64,000 nucleotides of DNA from positions 16,368,001 to 16,432,000 of the forward strand of contig OX597822.1 in NCBI GenBank assembly GCA_951406725.2. The letters run 5' to 3'. Below the pieces are notes generated by a model. That model saw only the letters and a list, made by a program, of their open reading frames with translations, made no database searches and was not told the origin of the DNA. A program made the position numbers and the translations under genes. This document shows positions 14,363-28,000 of this stretch, piece after piece (position 1 is the stretch's first letter; every line of letters begins with the position of its first letter). The DNA is from Octopus vulgaris (Eukaryota).

Positions 14363-16660
14363 AATATGTATATGTGAGTGTGTGTGTGCGTGTGTGTGTG
14401 TAGGGAAGAAATTATATGCGCACATTCATGTTCGTATACATACATATATAGAGAGAGGGATAGACAGACACACATATATTAACTTATGTTAGTCTGTATT
14501 ACTTGTACGTGTTCACAGCTTGAGTATTACGCAGACGTTGATATTTGAGTAACTCTGAGTAATTCCGGAGAATATTCTCAGCACTGCAAATATGCAGATT
14601 CTATTCCACTTTTAAATACCATTTTGTTGACTCATGTTCTTCGCTTTGAACGCTTATGTTTGTGTTTTAATTGTGTGTGTTTGTGCATCTATGGCTGTAT
14701 CTGTGCTTCTGATTGTATTTGTATTTAGTACCCACTTTTCTGTACACTGGTGTAAAGGAATGCGTAGAGCCGTGTGCTTCTTGGGAATGCCGTAGTACAG
14801 ACATGGATAGAATAAATGGAGACGGATCAAATAATTACCGCATCAATCTCTGCACCTGAAACAGCTTTTACTGCTGCCGATATGATCGACTCTAACCATT
14901 GCAATCGGCGCCTCGCTTTTGTTACAGTCCCATAACTAAAACCAGTAAAAACAAAAATAATAGATTATATATTTGCGGATGAAGCTGAACGGTTGTATGG
15001 AAAGTATTAGTTTCTTAAGTACATCGATGATATTCTATTACATGGTATAAAATTTGGGGAAATATTTATGCTTTGTTATGCGTTTGTGTCGTAACACAGT
15101 CGATGTTATATAACAAAAAAACATACTTGACACAACATCAATATTCCTGTAGAATTATGGAAGTGACATGATGGAACGTTTTATTGATAACTTCAACCAG
15201 GGATGTTAAGTGTTACTAAAAGAAACGTGCTGAAAACAACACACTCACACACACACACACACCATATGCACACACTAACGAACACACAAACACGAAGGCA
15301 TATACAAAGAAGCAGACACGCTCACATATGTTCATACAATTATTCGTTGAACGTCAACAAACGGAGGTTATTTTGCGTGATTCAAATATTGTAGAAACTG
15401 TTCGCCAATAAGAAATCATTAGAGATTAAGAAAATATTTGTGGATTATCAAAACATTAATAAAATATCAACACATTGAAACAAAATCAATATGGAGGAAA
15501 TAATTAATGATTTGTTAGAGTTATCGTTGTTGTTGTTGTTGTTGTTGATGATGCCGTCGTTCGTGGTGGTGGTGGTGGTGGTGGTGGTGGCGGCGGCGGT
15601 GTTGTTTTCGACTGCCAATAATTTGCCTGAAGAGACTTTTAACAAAATGAAAATATATTTGTGACATACATGATTTTTTTTTCCTATCGTATATTATTTT
15701 ATAATTTACTAATTTTTCGACTGGTTGCAGTCATCGTATTGTGTCCATGCTGGGGCACAACTGTCAAGTGCTTCAATCGATCATATCACCCAGTACCTAT
15801 TTCAGCTTCGTGCTGTTTTATCGCTATTTCGAATCATTTAACACAGAATTCACGGCTTCAATAATATTTGTCAGTAATGTAACCGAAAGAACCCCAGGAT
15901 AATGTTTGGCAGAGAGAGGACGTACGATAAACCTGAATCATGTCCAATACTTTCACTGGTTGTTTTTTCAGATACGATCCATTCGTTTCTTTTTCATTCA
16001 ATTCGATCAGATTATTTTATTCGTTTTATCTCCCTTGATTTTAATCCCAGATCTCTAAGCATTTCCAGACGAAAATTTTGACTGCATATTGTATGCGTAA
16101 TAAAAGTTTGAGAAAGCCTTGTGTTTGGCACTGGAACATGTTTATTGAAAGCTACCGAATATATATGTTCGCATGTATGTGTCTCTGCATGTAAGTATGT
16201 CTGTAGGTATTTATATACGGATGTTTGTATGTGTGTGTATTGTGCAAATTGAAATGTTCAACGACACAGAATGATCAAGGGTTTCTTTTTATTAGATTTG
16301 AGAGAAACATTTACGGGATGCGTAATAGTCACAACCATCAAATTAGAAAACATTTGCATATGTTTTATCGCGGATTGCCTTACACCATTTAATCATTTCC
16401 TCTGTACAAATCCAAGGAATTAATGGCGAGAACTCTTTTACATCTGGTATTATTTTTATCAAAGATATGCTTGCTGATCCGTCATATATCGGTATTAGTG
16501 GAGGTGATCAATTTGATTGTCGTTTTATGGTTGGAAACCGTTTTATGATCCTTGCACGTGAAGAAAGGTTTCTGAGCAAAAGGCTCCGAACGGTCATCGA
16601 TGACTAGTTCGGAAGTTAATTTTTACTCTAATTGGCTACCTGCCTCTTTCTTTCTTTCTT

Positions 16661-16724
<64 letters not shown>

Positions 16725-16737
16725 ACTCACTCACTCA

Positions 16738-16799
<62 letters not shown>

Positions 16800-19029
16800 T
16801 ATGTATATATAAAAGCACATGTATATGCATATATATATATATGTATATATATGCATATATATATGTCTGTGTATATATAAAAGCACATGTATATATATAT
16901 ATAAACATATAATATATACATATATATATATGCACATATATGTATATATATATATATGCATATGTATGTATATATATGTATATATATGCATATATATACA
17001 TATATATGCATATATATATGTGCATATATGTCTATATATATATGCACTCACACATATGTATGTATGTAGGTAGGTATATGTGTAGTATACACAAACACAC
17101 TGAGACACTTATATCTCATATAAAGTGGGTTAAAACCCGAGTGCTTCTACGGATACCTGAGTGTATAACCGTTAATGGCTTATCTCCAAGAAGAACATTA
17201 TCCATACAAACTGAAGTTCCAGGTCTACACTATTTGAGACTTTGTCTTAAGAACTGCAGATGGCTTACATCGATAACAATATATTACTGTAATATTACTA
17301 CTATAAATGGTATTCTTTATATCGATAGTGAGAGATGAATCAACCGCATCGCCGTCGTCAGAACTTCCAGAAGATCACGTGATTTTGGCCTTTCTTCACT
17401 TTGTTAATGGTAGGCGCCCGAAGGATAGCAATAGCAGAGTGCACCAAAAGTCCATACGAGAAGTTTTCTCGTGGTAACTGTCACAACGTTATAACACAAT
17501 ATTCAATTCTCAATGGGATTAAATATTACTTACTCGCATTAATACTGATTATGTTGCTATTTACTACTTTATAGTAACCCCACAGTCTCTCTGCGACACC
17601 AGTTCCGGATTAGACGCTGTGATTCTATGCAGAGCGCTAGCGGAGAGATCGCTGCTATTTCGAGCCTCCACTAGTACAAGCAAGGCCGAAATGACTTGAT
17701 CCGGCTGTCCCAGCGCTGGTAATGACAGTTGATTTATCCCCCGCTGGCGATATAAACAAGAGTGCTTATATGCATCAAAAGTCTATATTAGAGGTTCACT
17801 AAAGTTAACTTTCTCAGTATCCTGTCTTCTAACACAACACCCACTTTTAAGTGGTCATAACTATTACCTTTTGCTATTAATACTGCTTCTGTCGCTATAA
17901 ATTATTTTATAGTTATAAAGTTTCACTTTTAAATAACTAAAATATATTGCTTCTCCGACGTCATCTCGGAAGGCAAAACGTGAAAATAGCGAGATTTTAG
18001 TAGTCGTAAATTTGGCGCAGCGCATTTCTCCCCCGAGACGTTTCCACGATGCCACAGTCTAGTTACGGTTCTAATAATAAAAAGCAGGCATTGGCAAACT
18101 TTTTTTCAAGAAGCGGGTCGCTTGAGACATAGCTGATCTTCAGGCAGGCCGCACGACTAAAAAGATTTCAAGGTAATTTCGTTAGACGTGCATTCAGAAT
18201 TCCGGATGGGCGGTACTTTGCGCATGACCAACGTAAAGTGTCAAAACTTTTTCGTTGTGTATCGACCACGCGGTCAATCGTTTGCTCCTCCTATATTGAA
18301 GAGCATTAGACTGCAACTTCCATCGGCCATTCGGTGGTTAGGGCTGTTTTGTTTTGCTTTCTCCCGTTTTTTAAATATTTTTCTCAATGTTATAATTTAA
18401 TATTTTCCATTCTGGTTAATTTTCCATTCCTTTGTTCTTTGCTTATCTAATTATTTGATGAATTTATCACATGTTAATTTGATAATGCCATTCTGTCGAT
18501 GTATTGGACAGGAAACTGCTGCGTCAGGCAAAACTTTGATATGCAGCTCTTTCAAATTATCGATTTCTCCATCGATCTATGTGTGACGATGTGCAAATGG
18601 GAACGGAGGGGAATTTCTTTGTACGATTCTTCTATTTCTTTTACACTTGTCGGACTGGTAATTGTTTATAGATTTATATTATTTGTTTTTCGTCCAAATT
18701 GTTAAGTTCTTTCTTCTTTTATATATTGCCAGAGGGCCTACTTCTCCATTTAATATGGATTTATGATATATGATAATAATATTTCTTATATTAGATACTA
18801 TGAATAAATTTTAGTTTATATTTTTCATATTTACACATAAACATTTATACACTTACAGACGGATGTATGTATATATATATATATATACACGTTCATGTAA
18901 TTGTTTTGTAAGCTTCATGAATTAAAATAGTGTGGTGAAATATGTCATACCACAGAAAGACAAAATGGGATTGGCAGGAGGCACATGGGACAGACAGTAG
19001 TTGAAGAGGTCACAGAATATGTGACGAAC

Positions 19030-19215
19030 GAGAATTCACGAAAAAAACAAAAGACGAAGACAGGTGGTGTAGAAAACAAACAGATGTATTAGTATAATGC
19101 ACGGGAATTGAAAAAGTCTTTAACGTTTCGAGCCTACGTTCTTCTACAGGAAGGAACACAGAACGAAACAAGGAGAAAAATAAAGAATGTGTAGTGGCTA
19201 GCGATCTATCACGGC
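19030..19215 (-). mobile_element. PLE-type terminal relic with HHR-like motif (family of 1755-1942)
   Basis: Minus strand CTGTAGA-AGAAC-GTAG-GCTC-GAAA-CGTT-AAAG, with overall similarity to 1755-1942. Confidence 0.5.
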
Positions 19216-19465
19216 GATTATATATATATTCAGCCAGCTGTCTTCACTTTGTTGCCATCCTCGTAATGTACACTTGGAAAGAGGTATCATCATGTCGATA
19301 CTCAGGCCCCGCACTGATTTAGGCTCTAGGATTGTAATCCCCTGTGGTCCAGTGTACTCTGTAAGTTTTATAGTTAGTGTTGGGCGTTGGTGGCGCAGGG
19401 CTTGGAATTTTTCTATATATATAAATGTGTGTGCGTGTGTGTGTATATATATATATATAAATGTG

Positions 19466-19519
<54 letters not shown>

Positions 19520-19532
19520 TGTGTGTGTATGT

Positions 19533-19819
19533 GGAGGCGCAATGGCCCAGTGGTTAGGGAAGCGGACTCGCGGTTTCGATTCAAAGACCGGGCGTTGAGT
19601 GTGTTTATTGAGTGAAAACACCTAAAGCTCCACGAGGCTCCGGCAGGGGGTGGTGGCGATCCCTGCTGTACTCTTTTGCCACAACTTTCTCTCACTCTTT
19701 CTTCTTTTGGCTTGCTCGCTTAGCCAGCGGGGTGGCATCATTTGAAGGGTAAAACAATGCGAAGCGCATTGTGACCAACGATGTGAAGCAACATCTGATA
19801 GCCTGGTCGGTCAAGTGAA

Positions 19820-19827
<8 letters not shown>
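19533..19827 (+). mobile_element. tRNA(Arg-like)-headed SINE, tail type 1
   Basis: A-box TGGCCCAGTGG, B-box GTTTCGATTC. Body shared with 38705 and 45664. Confidence 0.85.
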
Positions 19828-19856
<29 letters not shown>

Positions 19857-19942
19857 TTTCTATATACGCATATATAGGTATGTATTTGTATATACAGTAG
19901 TACCTTGGTTTTCGAACAACTCTGATCGGGAACAAATTGTGC

Positions 19943-19993
<51 letters not shown>

Positions 19994-20080
19994 AATCCAA
20001 ACGGGAAAACAAAAAAACAACAACAATGGAACAATTACAGTATTATTATTAATAGGCGCTCAGGAAATGGAAGCAGGAGG

Positions 20081-20115
20081 GTATGACGTTTCGAGCGGAG
20101 CTCTTCGTCGGAAAC
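20081..20115 (-). ncRNA. Minimal HHR motif, U4C variant
   Basis: Minus strand GTTT-CCGACGA-A-GAGC(TCC)GCTC-GAAA-CG-TC-ATAC with palindromic ACGT stem III. Confidence 0.55.
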
Positions 20116-20829
20116 ATAAAGAAGGAAGAGAGAGGAAAGAAAGATCCCAAAGCGGGCAACAGGGATAGAGAAAAAAAACGACTGGTGTTTACGAGTTACA
20201 CATGGTGAAAGGCGGAAGTTTACGATAACAAGAGCAAAGTAGGTTTTTAAAGGCAAAAGAGTGGAGACAAGGTTGGTAACGCAACAGATGTGTGTGTATG
20301 TGTGAGTGTGTGCGTGTGCGTGTGTGTATGTGTGTGTGTGAGGCGAGATAAAAAACAAAAAATATATGTATGTGTTAGTGTGTGCGTCTGTGTGTAGGCG
20401 TGTGAGGTAGGGCGAGACAGTGGTAGGCATAGCAGACACTGGTCAGTAGTAAGAAAAAGAAGGAAGGAGGAAGGGAGGGAGGGGAAGGGGTGGGGCGTAT
20501 GTAGCGTGCCAGCGTGTGTTGAGTAGTAGTGTGTGTGTGTGTCCAGTGTCGTGGTAGTATTAATGGCGAGTAGATTGAATGTGTGTAAGACTAATGTATA
20601 TATTTAAGCAATGTGTGTATATGTGTGCGCGTGTGTGTAACAAAAAAGGGGGGGTTAAGGAAAAAGGACTCCAGCTGAGGGGAAGATGGAAGAGTGGTCC
20701 CGCGGAGACGGGCGAGGGAAAACCCAACGACAAGCGACGATCCCAGGAACGAGCGGGAGGTCTCGTCGGGTCCAAGAGCGAGGTGCATGCGGCGCGTATG
20801 CGTGCGCGAACCGGCGCAAGCGCGTGTGT

Positions 20830-20968
20830 GCGCGCGCCTGCGAGTATGCGCGTAAGTGTGTATGTGTGTGGATGTGTGAGTGTGTCTGTATGTATGTCTG
20901 GGTGTCAGTGTGTCCGATGAAATGTATGTGAGTATGTGTGTATATATGTGTGTGCATAGATTATGTCC

Positions 20969-21001
<33 letters not shown>

Positions 21002-22378
21002 AGTGTGTATGTATGTACGTGTGGGTGTGTGGAAGTGTGTGTATGTGCATGTGTGTGCGCGTACATACAGGTGTGTGAGTGAGTGTGTGTGTGTGTATGT
21101 ATGTGTGAGTGTGTATGTATGTGTGTGTAGGATGCATGTATGTGTATGGGTGTATGTATGTGTGTGTGTATGTATGTATGTGTACGTGCGTGTGTGTGTG
21201 TGTATGCGTGTAGGTGTGCGCGTGTGCATGCATGCATGCATGTGCGTATGTGTGTGTGTGTGCATGTGTGTGGGTATATATGTATGTGCGTATATGTGTG
21301 TGTATGTGCGTACATGTGTGTGTGTGTATGCATGTGTGTGTATGTAGGTGTGTAGGCGTGTGTGTATAGGTGTATGTATGTAAGTATGTATGGGTGTGTC
21401 CGTGTATGTGTGTGTATGTATGTGTGTGTATGTAGGTGTGTGGGCGTGTGTATATGTGTGTGTATGTAGGTGTGTGGGCGTGTGTATATAGGTGTATGTA
21501 TGTATGTCTGGGTGTGTCCGTGCATGTTTGTGTGTGTGTGTGTATGCATGTGTATGTAGGTGTGTGTGTACGTGTGTAATGTATGTGTGTATGCGTGTGT
21601 GTGCGTGTGTATGCGTGCGTGTGTGTATGTAGGTGCAGGTGTATGTGTGTGGGAGTGTAGGTGTGTGTGCGTGTGCGTGTTTATGTTGGTGTGTGCGTAT
21701 GTGAGTGTGAGTGTATGGGTGTTTGTCATGCATGTGTGTGCGCGTGCAGGTGAGTGTGTGTGTAAGTATGTGTGTGTGTATGTTTGTGTGAGTGTGTATG
21801 TGTGTATGTCTGTGTGTATGTATGTGCGTATAGGAGTATGTAGGTATGTGTGTGTGTATGTGTATGGGTGTATGTATGTATGTGTGTGTGTGTGCATGTG
21901 TATAAGTATATGTGTGTGTGCGTATGTGTGTGTATGTGTATGTGTGTGTGTTTATGTATGTGTGTATGTATGTGTGTAGGCGTGTGTGTGTAGATGTATG
22001 TATGTATGGGTGTGTGTCTGTGTGTGTTTGTGTGTGTGTGTAGGTAGGTGTGTGTGTCTGAGTGAGGGTATGGCTGTGTAGGTGTGTGTGTGTATGAATG
22101 TAAGTGTGTGTGTGTACAAGTGTAATGTATGTATGTAGGTGTGTGTGTGTGTATGTGTACGTGTGCGTGTGTATGTGTGTGTGTATGCGTGTGAGTGTGA
22201 GTGTATGGGTGTATGTCTGTGTGTGTGTATGTCTGAAGTAGGTATGTGTGTGTATGTATGTATGTGTGTGTGTGTGCGGGTATGTGTGTGTGTGTATGTG
22301 TGTGTGAGTAGGTGTGCGTGTATGTATGTGGGTAGGGATGCATGCGAGTGTGTGGGTATGTATGCATACATACGCACG

Positions 22379-22380
<2 letters not shown>
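20830..22380 (+). repeat. About 1.5 kb cryptic (TG/TA/CG) alternating purine-pyrimidine tract
   Basis: Read directly. The His/Thr/Tyr ORFs here are artefacts. Confidence 0.9.
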
Positions 22381-22460
<80 letters not shown>

Positions 22461-22558
22461 TGATAAAACGGTAAGATAACAAAAGAAAGAAAGAGACCTC
22501 AATATTATGTAAATAGAGGAAATTTATCTATACAATATGTTACATTACTCGGTAGTCA

Positions 22559-22621
22559 AGATAAAACTCTGAGTTTCAGATGCCGAAGTGGAAATCCACA
22601 ACACCATCTCTTCGGTTATCT
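22559..22621 (-). ncRNA. HHR motif (U4C), mirror of 24481-24543
   Basis: Reverse complement of the plus-arm motif. Confidence 0.65.
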
Positions 22622-22929
22622 GGCTATTTGAAAACGTTATGAAAAAATACCGTTAAAAATGAAGGGAAATTACTCTGTTATAACTCTGCTTTGCCTGCGT
22701 ACTTATACATCGCTCGCATTTTTCGTCATAAAAATTATATAAAAATACATAAAAATATATAAAAATATATAAAAATATATAAAATCTTCTTGGGACATAA
22801 CACAGAAAGCATGTTCTATCCGTTTTCTTTAGGGGACCAAAAACGTAACAGAAATTTAGTCACATGTGGGCATGATCCGAAAAGCTCTGTCCTTGTATTT
22901 AGACATGTGGTAGGGTCTAAGCTGCTTTT

Positions 22930-23625
22930 CTAGATAAGCCATCTCTCCATGTCGCATAAACCGCACCTTCCGCTGCCGTTAGTATAGGGCTTACATCTGG
23001 CCAAAATCTTCCATTGTATGTTATAATCGACACCTTTATCTCTTAAAGACCAAATATGATTGGATAATTGTGTCGCTTTTCTTTTGTTCCAATGCCTAAA
23101 GCTCAAAGTGTGGTTATTGAACCTGGCCTTGAAATTACCCTCTGTCAGGCCCACGTATTTCTTCGTCGAAATGGTGTCTTTAGTGGTTATAGAGTTTACG
23201 GTAGCTTCATATATGATGGTCTTGGACATGCAAGCTCCATTTAGCGGGCACAATTCTTTATTCCTGCATGAACAGCTGTTTTCTTCTTGTGTTTTTTGTA
23301 TGTTATGATTGATTATGTTTTTAAAATTGGTAGTTGAACTAAAACTAATTTTTAAATTGTGTCTATTGAAGAGTTTCCTATAAGCATGGTTAACTGGAAA
23401 ATGTCTATCTATCAGTGCTAGGAAATATTTACCTATATTGAAGGCCACCTCGGGTGAGTAAGGGGGCGTAAACCAGATGACCTTCCTATTTCTATTATTC
23501 CTTTTCCTTATTGTTGGGCTGGTGATAGGTGTATATTTTATTTTTTCGCTAAAACCACTATCTTTTAAAGCTTTATTATAAACTGGGGCAACGCTATTGA
23601 AGATGTCCTCATTAGATGAGGTCAT
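22930..23625 (-). pseudogene. PLE linker + GIY-YIG endonuclease, 5'-truncated, premature stop (TGG to TAG)
   Basis: VIWFTPPYS, CSCRNKELCPLNGAC, IIYEA...KYVGLT..FKARFNNH, CGLC. Stops 39 codons earlier than the plus arm. Confidence 0.85.
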
Positions 23626-24286
23626 CTGGTTTACGCCCCCTTACTCACCCGAGGTGGCCTTCAATATAGGTAAATATTTCCTAGCACTGATAGATAGACA
23701 TTTTCCAGTTAACCATGCTTATAGGAAACTCTTCAATAGACACAATTTAAAAATTAGTTTTAGTTCAACTACCAATTTTAAAAACATAATCAATCATAAC
23801 ATACAAAAAACACAAGAAGAAAACAGCTGTTCATGCAGGAATAAAGAATTGTGCCCGCTAAATGGAGCTTGCATGTCCAAGACCATCATATATGAAGCTA
23901 CCGTAAACTCTATAACCACTAAAGACACCATTTCGACGAAGAAATACGTGGGCCTGACAGAGGGTAATTTCAAGGCCAGGTTCAATAACCACACTTTGAG
24001 CTTTAGGCACTGGAACAAAAGAAAAGCGACACAATTATCCAATCATATTTGGTCTTTAAGAGATAAAGGTGTCGATTATAACATACAATGGAAGATTTTG
24101 GCCAGATGTAAGCCCTATACTAACGGCAGCGGAAGGTGCGGTTTATGCGACATGGAGAGATGGCTTATCTGGAAAAGCAGCTTAGACCCTACCACATGTC
24201 TAAATACAAGGACAGAGCTTTTCGGATCATGCCCACATGTGACTAAATTTCTGTTACGTTTTTGGTCCCCTAAAGAAAACGGATAG
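23603..24286 (+). CDS. PLE GIY-YIG endonuclease domain ORF (227 aa from ATG 23603, no RT)
   Basis: Open frame with GIY-YIG equivalents IIY/YVG, conserved R and H, E in DMERW and N in LNTRTE. The ATG comes from the antisense of the spacer. Expression is unknown. Confidence 0.6.
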   Translation: MSSLDEVIWFTPPYSPEVAFNIGKYFLALIDRHFPVNHAYRKLFNRHNLKISFSSTTNFKNIINHNIQKTQEENSCSCRNKELCPLNGACMSKTIIYEATVNSITTKDTISTKKYVGLTEGNFKARFNNHTLSFRHWNKRKATQLSNHIWSLRDKGVDYNIQWKILARCKPYTNGSGRCGLCDMERWLIWKSSLDPTTCLNTRTELFGSCPHVTKFLLRFWSPKENG

Positions 24287-24480
24287 AACATGCTTTCTGT
24301 GTTATGTCCCAAGAAGATTTTATATATTTTTATATATTTTTATATATTTTTATGTATTTTTATATAATTTTTATGACGAAAAATGCGAGCGATGTATAAG
24401 TACGCAGGCAAAGCAGAGTTATAACAGAGTAATTTCCCTTCATTTTTAACGGTATTTTTTCATAACGTTTTCAAATAGCC

Positions 24481-24543
24481 AGATAACCGAAGAGATGGTG
24501 TTGTGGATTTCCACTTCGGCATCTGAAACTCAGAGTTTTATCT
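24481..24543 (+). ncRNA. Type I HHR motif, U4C core, in the PLE 3' UTR
   Basis: AGATAA-CCGAAGA-GATG...CATC-T-GAAA-CTCAGAG-TT-TTATCT: stem I 6 bp, stem II GATG/CATC, near-palindromic stem III. Confidence 0.7.
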
Positions 24544-24575
24544 TGACTACCGAGTAATGTAACATATTGTATAGA

Positions 24576-24618
<43 letters not shown>

Positions 24619-24629
<11 letters not shown>

Positions 24630-24650
24630 AATAGATAGATAGATAGATAT

Positions 24651-24737
<87 letters not shown>
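24619..24737 (+). repeat. (GATA)n array abutting the Tx1 3' end
   Basis: Read directly from the sequence. Confidence 0.95.
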
Positions 24738-25074
24738 TGTTTCTTTATTAGCCACACAGGACTGCACACAGACGGGACAAATTACAAGGTAGAGCTTTTC
24801 TTTTTGGAGATAAAAAAGGTGGGTTGGTTTTCGATCAAAAGGGATCGTAAATGGAAAGAAAGAGAAAAAAAAAGGAAAAAGGAAAAAATCGATCAATAGG
24901 GATCGTTATCACAGAAATGTCAATGTAAAGTGTAAAGAGGAAGACAGGTGAGGTTTACCCGTGGAAAGAAATGCCTACGGAAAAGACCACGGTAACCTCG
25001 GTCAATAAAGTCATATGTTATATATATATATTTTTTTTTTACAAATAAGCAACTCTCTGTATTAATTTTTACGG

Positions 25075-28000
25075 TTCATAGGATCATAGTCAAGGTGGCT
25101 TCGTCATTCATACGTGCCATCCTTGCTACATTCACCCATCTTTTTTTAAAACATTCACTAGACAAAACTTGCCTCTCTACTCTCACTTTCCTTTTCAAGT
25201 GATACTTGAAGAAGTTGATGAGAGATTTACCAGAGAGGAAAGTGTTTGTCTCCAATCCTTTCAGACGTGTCTATGAGATACATTCTTTCACCATAGCCAC
25301 AAGTATGATAAAAATAGCTCTTCCTTCCCGTTTGAAGGAAGGAGGCGTGACAATATTAACGACAGACTCGGCTGATAAACCGACACGTCCCACACGTGAC
25401 AGCAGTCGTTCGACATAAGCCCACAAGTCGGAGATTGTTGGACACTGCACAATTACGTGCAGAACGGTTTCGTCGCTCTAACCGCATCTCGGGCAGGTCG
25501 GCCCCGTGTTTCTCGAGCCGTGTCTGTAGAGCTTATCCCGAACGGGTATCGCTTCTCGGTAGCACAGCCAGGCCAGGGATCGCTGAAAGTTGTCCTTAGG
25601 TCTCGACCCGAAGGTCGTCTCAAACAGGCGGGTCAAGTATTCCTCGTCGACGCCCAGGTTCGCCCCAAGATCGTCGTCGTACCTCCCCTCCACTAATCCC
25701 CTATAGAGTGCTTTGGTTGTGTTGAAGTCACTCAAGGTCGACCCGGGACGGCATAGTTGCTTGACAGCAACGCGACACTCGCGGTGCCATTCGCCCTTCC
25801 TCGGCTTCTTTTTGATCCACGACTGCTGTTCTGTCATGGAGACGAACTGCGGGAAAGCGTGCCTCACAAACGGCAACCACACCTGTTCACCGTCGTCTAC
25901 ATAGAGCTGGAGATCTCGCAGTCTCAGCGCGTGTCTGCGCATCATCAACCACGGCATGCACAACCCTCTTTTTAACGGGTGATGACAGCAAATGGATCGC
26001 CTGACCATCGGGACGCATCCTTTCCACAAGAAGCGGGAGAGAACGCGTTCTAGTTTGGTGATGGTAGGGTCGGGACAAGGTACGACGGTCAGGCGGTAGT
26101 AGATGATGGGCGCGATGTACGTGTTCGCCACCTCCGCACGACCTTTTAGGGACAGTTTCCTCTCGGCCCATTGCCGGGCGAGAGTGACCACCCTACTCAT
26201 TATCTCGTTCCAGTTCTTCTCCATTTGGAGGTCCGGACCGAACCAGTCTGCGAGCAACTTGACCGGGCCGTCCGTCCAGCGTCCCACAACGGAGGTGTTG
26301 GTGGACGGCATGGGCTTGCTTCTCCAGCTGCCTAGTCGCAAGCCCACTGACTTTTCCCGGTTGATTTTCGCTCCTGTCACCGCTTCATGGTCTTTCAGTG
26401 TCTCGCCGACCAGCTCGATGTACTCGTGGCTTGACACTATGACAGTGACGTCATCCGCATATGCAGACACGCTCGTCCCGCATCCCAATTCTCGCGGGAT
26501 GCCCCACAGAGTCGCCAGCTTCCGCAGTAGTGGCTCGAGAGTCAATACGTACAGAAGCGACGAGAGGGGGCATCCCTGACGGACCGAACGTGCAATGTCG
26601 AAAGGTCTCGATAGAAGTCCATTTACTCGAATTACCGAACGGATACCTCTGTACAAGGCAGCTATCCAGCCGCGGAAGACGGGACCGAAACCAGCCGCTT
26701 CCAGGACTGCCTCCAAGTATCGATGGTCTACCCTATCGAAAGCTTTCGATTAATCCAAATTGATCAGGGCCCCACCCATACCAGGTTCCTTAACTACTCT
26801 GTCTATGATGTAGCGCATCAGATGGAGGTTGTCATGGATGCTCCGGCCCGGCACGGCACACGTTTACGCCTTGTCGACCAGTTTCTCGATGACAAGCGCC
26901 AACCTCTTGGCTAACACCTTGGTCAAAATTTTCAGGTCTGCATTGAACAGTGACTGGCCTAAAGTTATCTATAATGCCCCCCTTGTTTGGATCTTTCTTC
27001 AGCAGCGTTACGGTTCCTCGACTCACAAAACCAGGTATGCTCCCGTTTTGCTGCCAGTTGCAGTATACCGCTGCCAAGACGTCTCCAAACAAGTCTGGCA
27101 TACAATTGCGAGCATTCTGCCATTGCGTCCCGCACATCCTCCGCCGTGATGGCACCTTCGCAGCACTTTGTCTCTCTTGCCGAGAGTCGTGGCAGGCTGT
27201 GCAGGTAGGCACTGAAGTCCACTCTGCATTCACGCTCGCCACTCGTCCCGTTCAGTCGGGCAAAATACCGCTGAAATGCCTCGCACATCTTGCTGGGCTC
27301 GAGCAATTCGCGCCCTTGTTCGTCTACCAGAGACTGAATGGTGGCTGTGTTGCCCTGCTGCGCCTCCGCCACCCGGGCCTCCCTCGCGGCTCCAACACCT
27401 CCATCCTTAGAGCACGCATCCTAGCCCTGACAGCACACCCTTCGTGTTTGGCGTTGAAGTGTTGGTCGAGGGCCAACAACGCTGCTAAAACGTCGGATGT
27501 GATGCCGCTTCTTATTGCCTCTTCTAACTTCTTAACTAACTCACTCTCTACTCTATTTCTATCTACGGCTAATGCCTTGCTATATCTAATTGCTTCCGCT
27601 TTTACTGCTCTCTTGAGGGCGAACTACCATTTGTTGTTGACGATGGCTCCCGTTAAAGCCCTCTTTACTAACGTGCTGATTCTGTCTCTGAAAACCTGTC
27701 TGGACGGGAAAGATGCGTTTAGTTTCCAGTAACCGGGACCCTGTCTATGTGCCTTATCTAAGTCTAGCGTACACGTTACGAATTTGTGATCCGTGTGATC
27801 TCTGTGGATTTTGCATCCCCTTCTGGTTTTGTCTCTCCCCACAGAGTCTAGATGCGTGTCCAAGGTAGCATTCCAATTCCCCACTAAAAGTAAAGGACGA
27901 GATGTTCCCAGGAATACTTCTAGACGTCGAAAGAAATCCGGCCGACACGTTCATGGAGGTGCGTAGACTGATACGAGTCGAAAAGCGCACCCATTGCTGC

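Larger units (their letters stand above)
22460..24577. mobile_element. PLE 3' portion as a head-to-head fold-back: 959-bp arms (22525-23483, 23619-24577) with a 135-bp spacer, flanked by (TA)n
   Basis: The arms are near-identical reverse complements. Each encodes a GIY-YIG domain followed by a 3' UTR with an HHR. Confidence 0.92.

Noticed and set aside
18084-18293. Possible hAT MITE (CAGGCATTGGCAAAC...GTTTGCTCCTCCTA)
   Set aside because: TIRs too degraded and no clear TSD.
20591-22502. Long His/Thr/Tyr- and Cys/Val-rich ORFs (up to 380 aa)
   Set aside because: Translations of TG/CA microsatellite that lack stops by composition. The same applies to YIYI, LSIY, poly-L and poly-I ORFs throughout.
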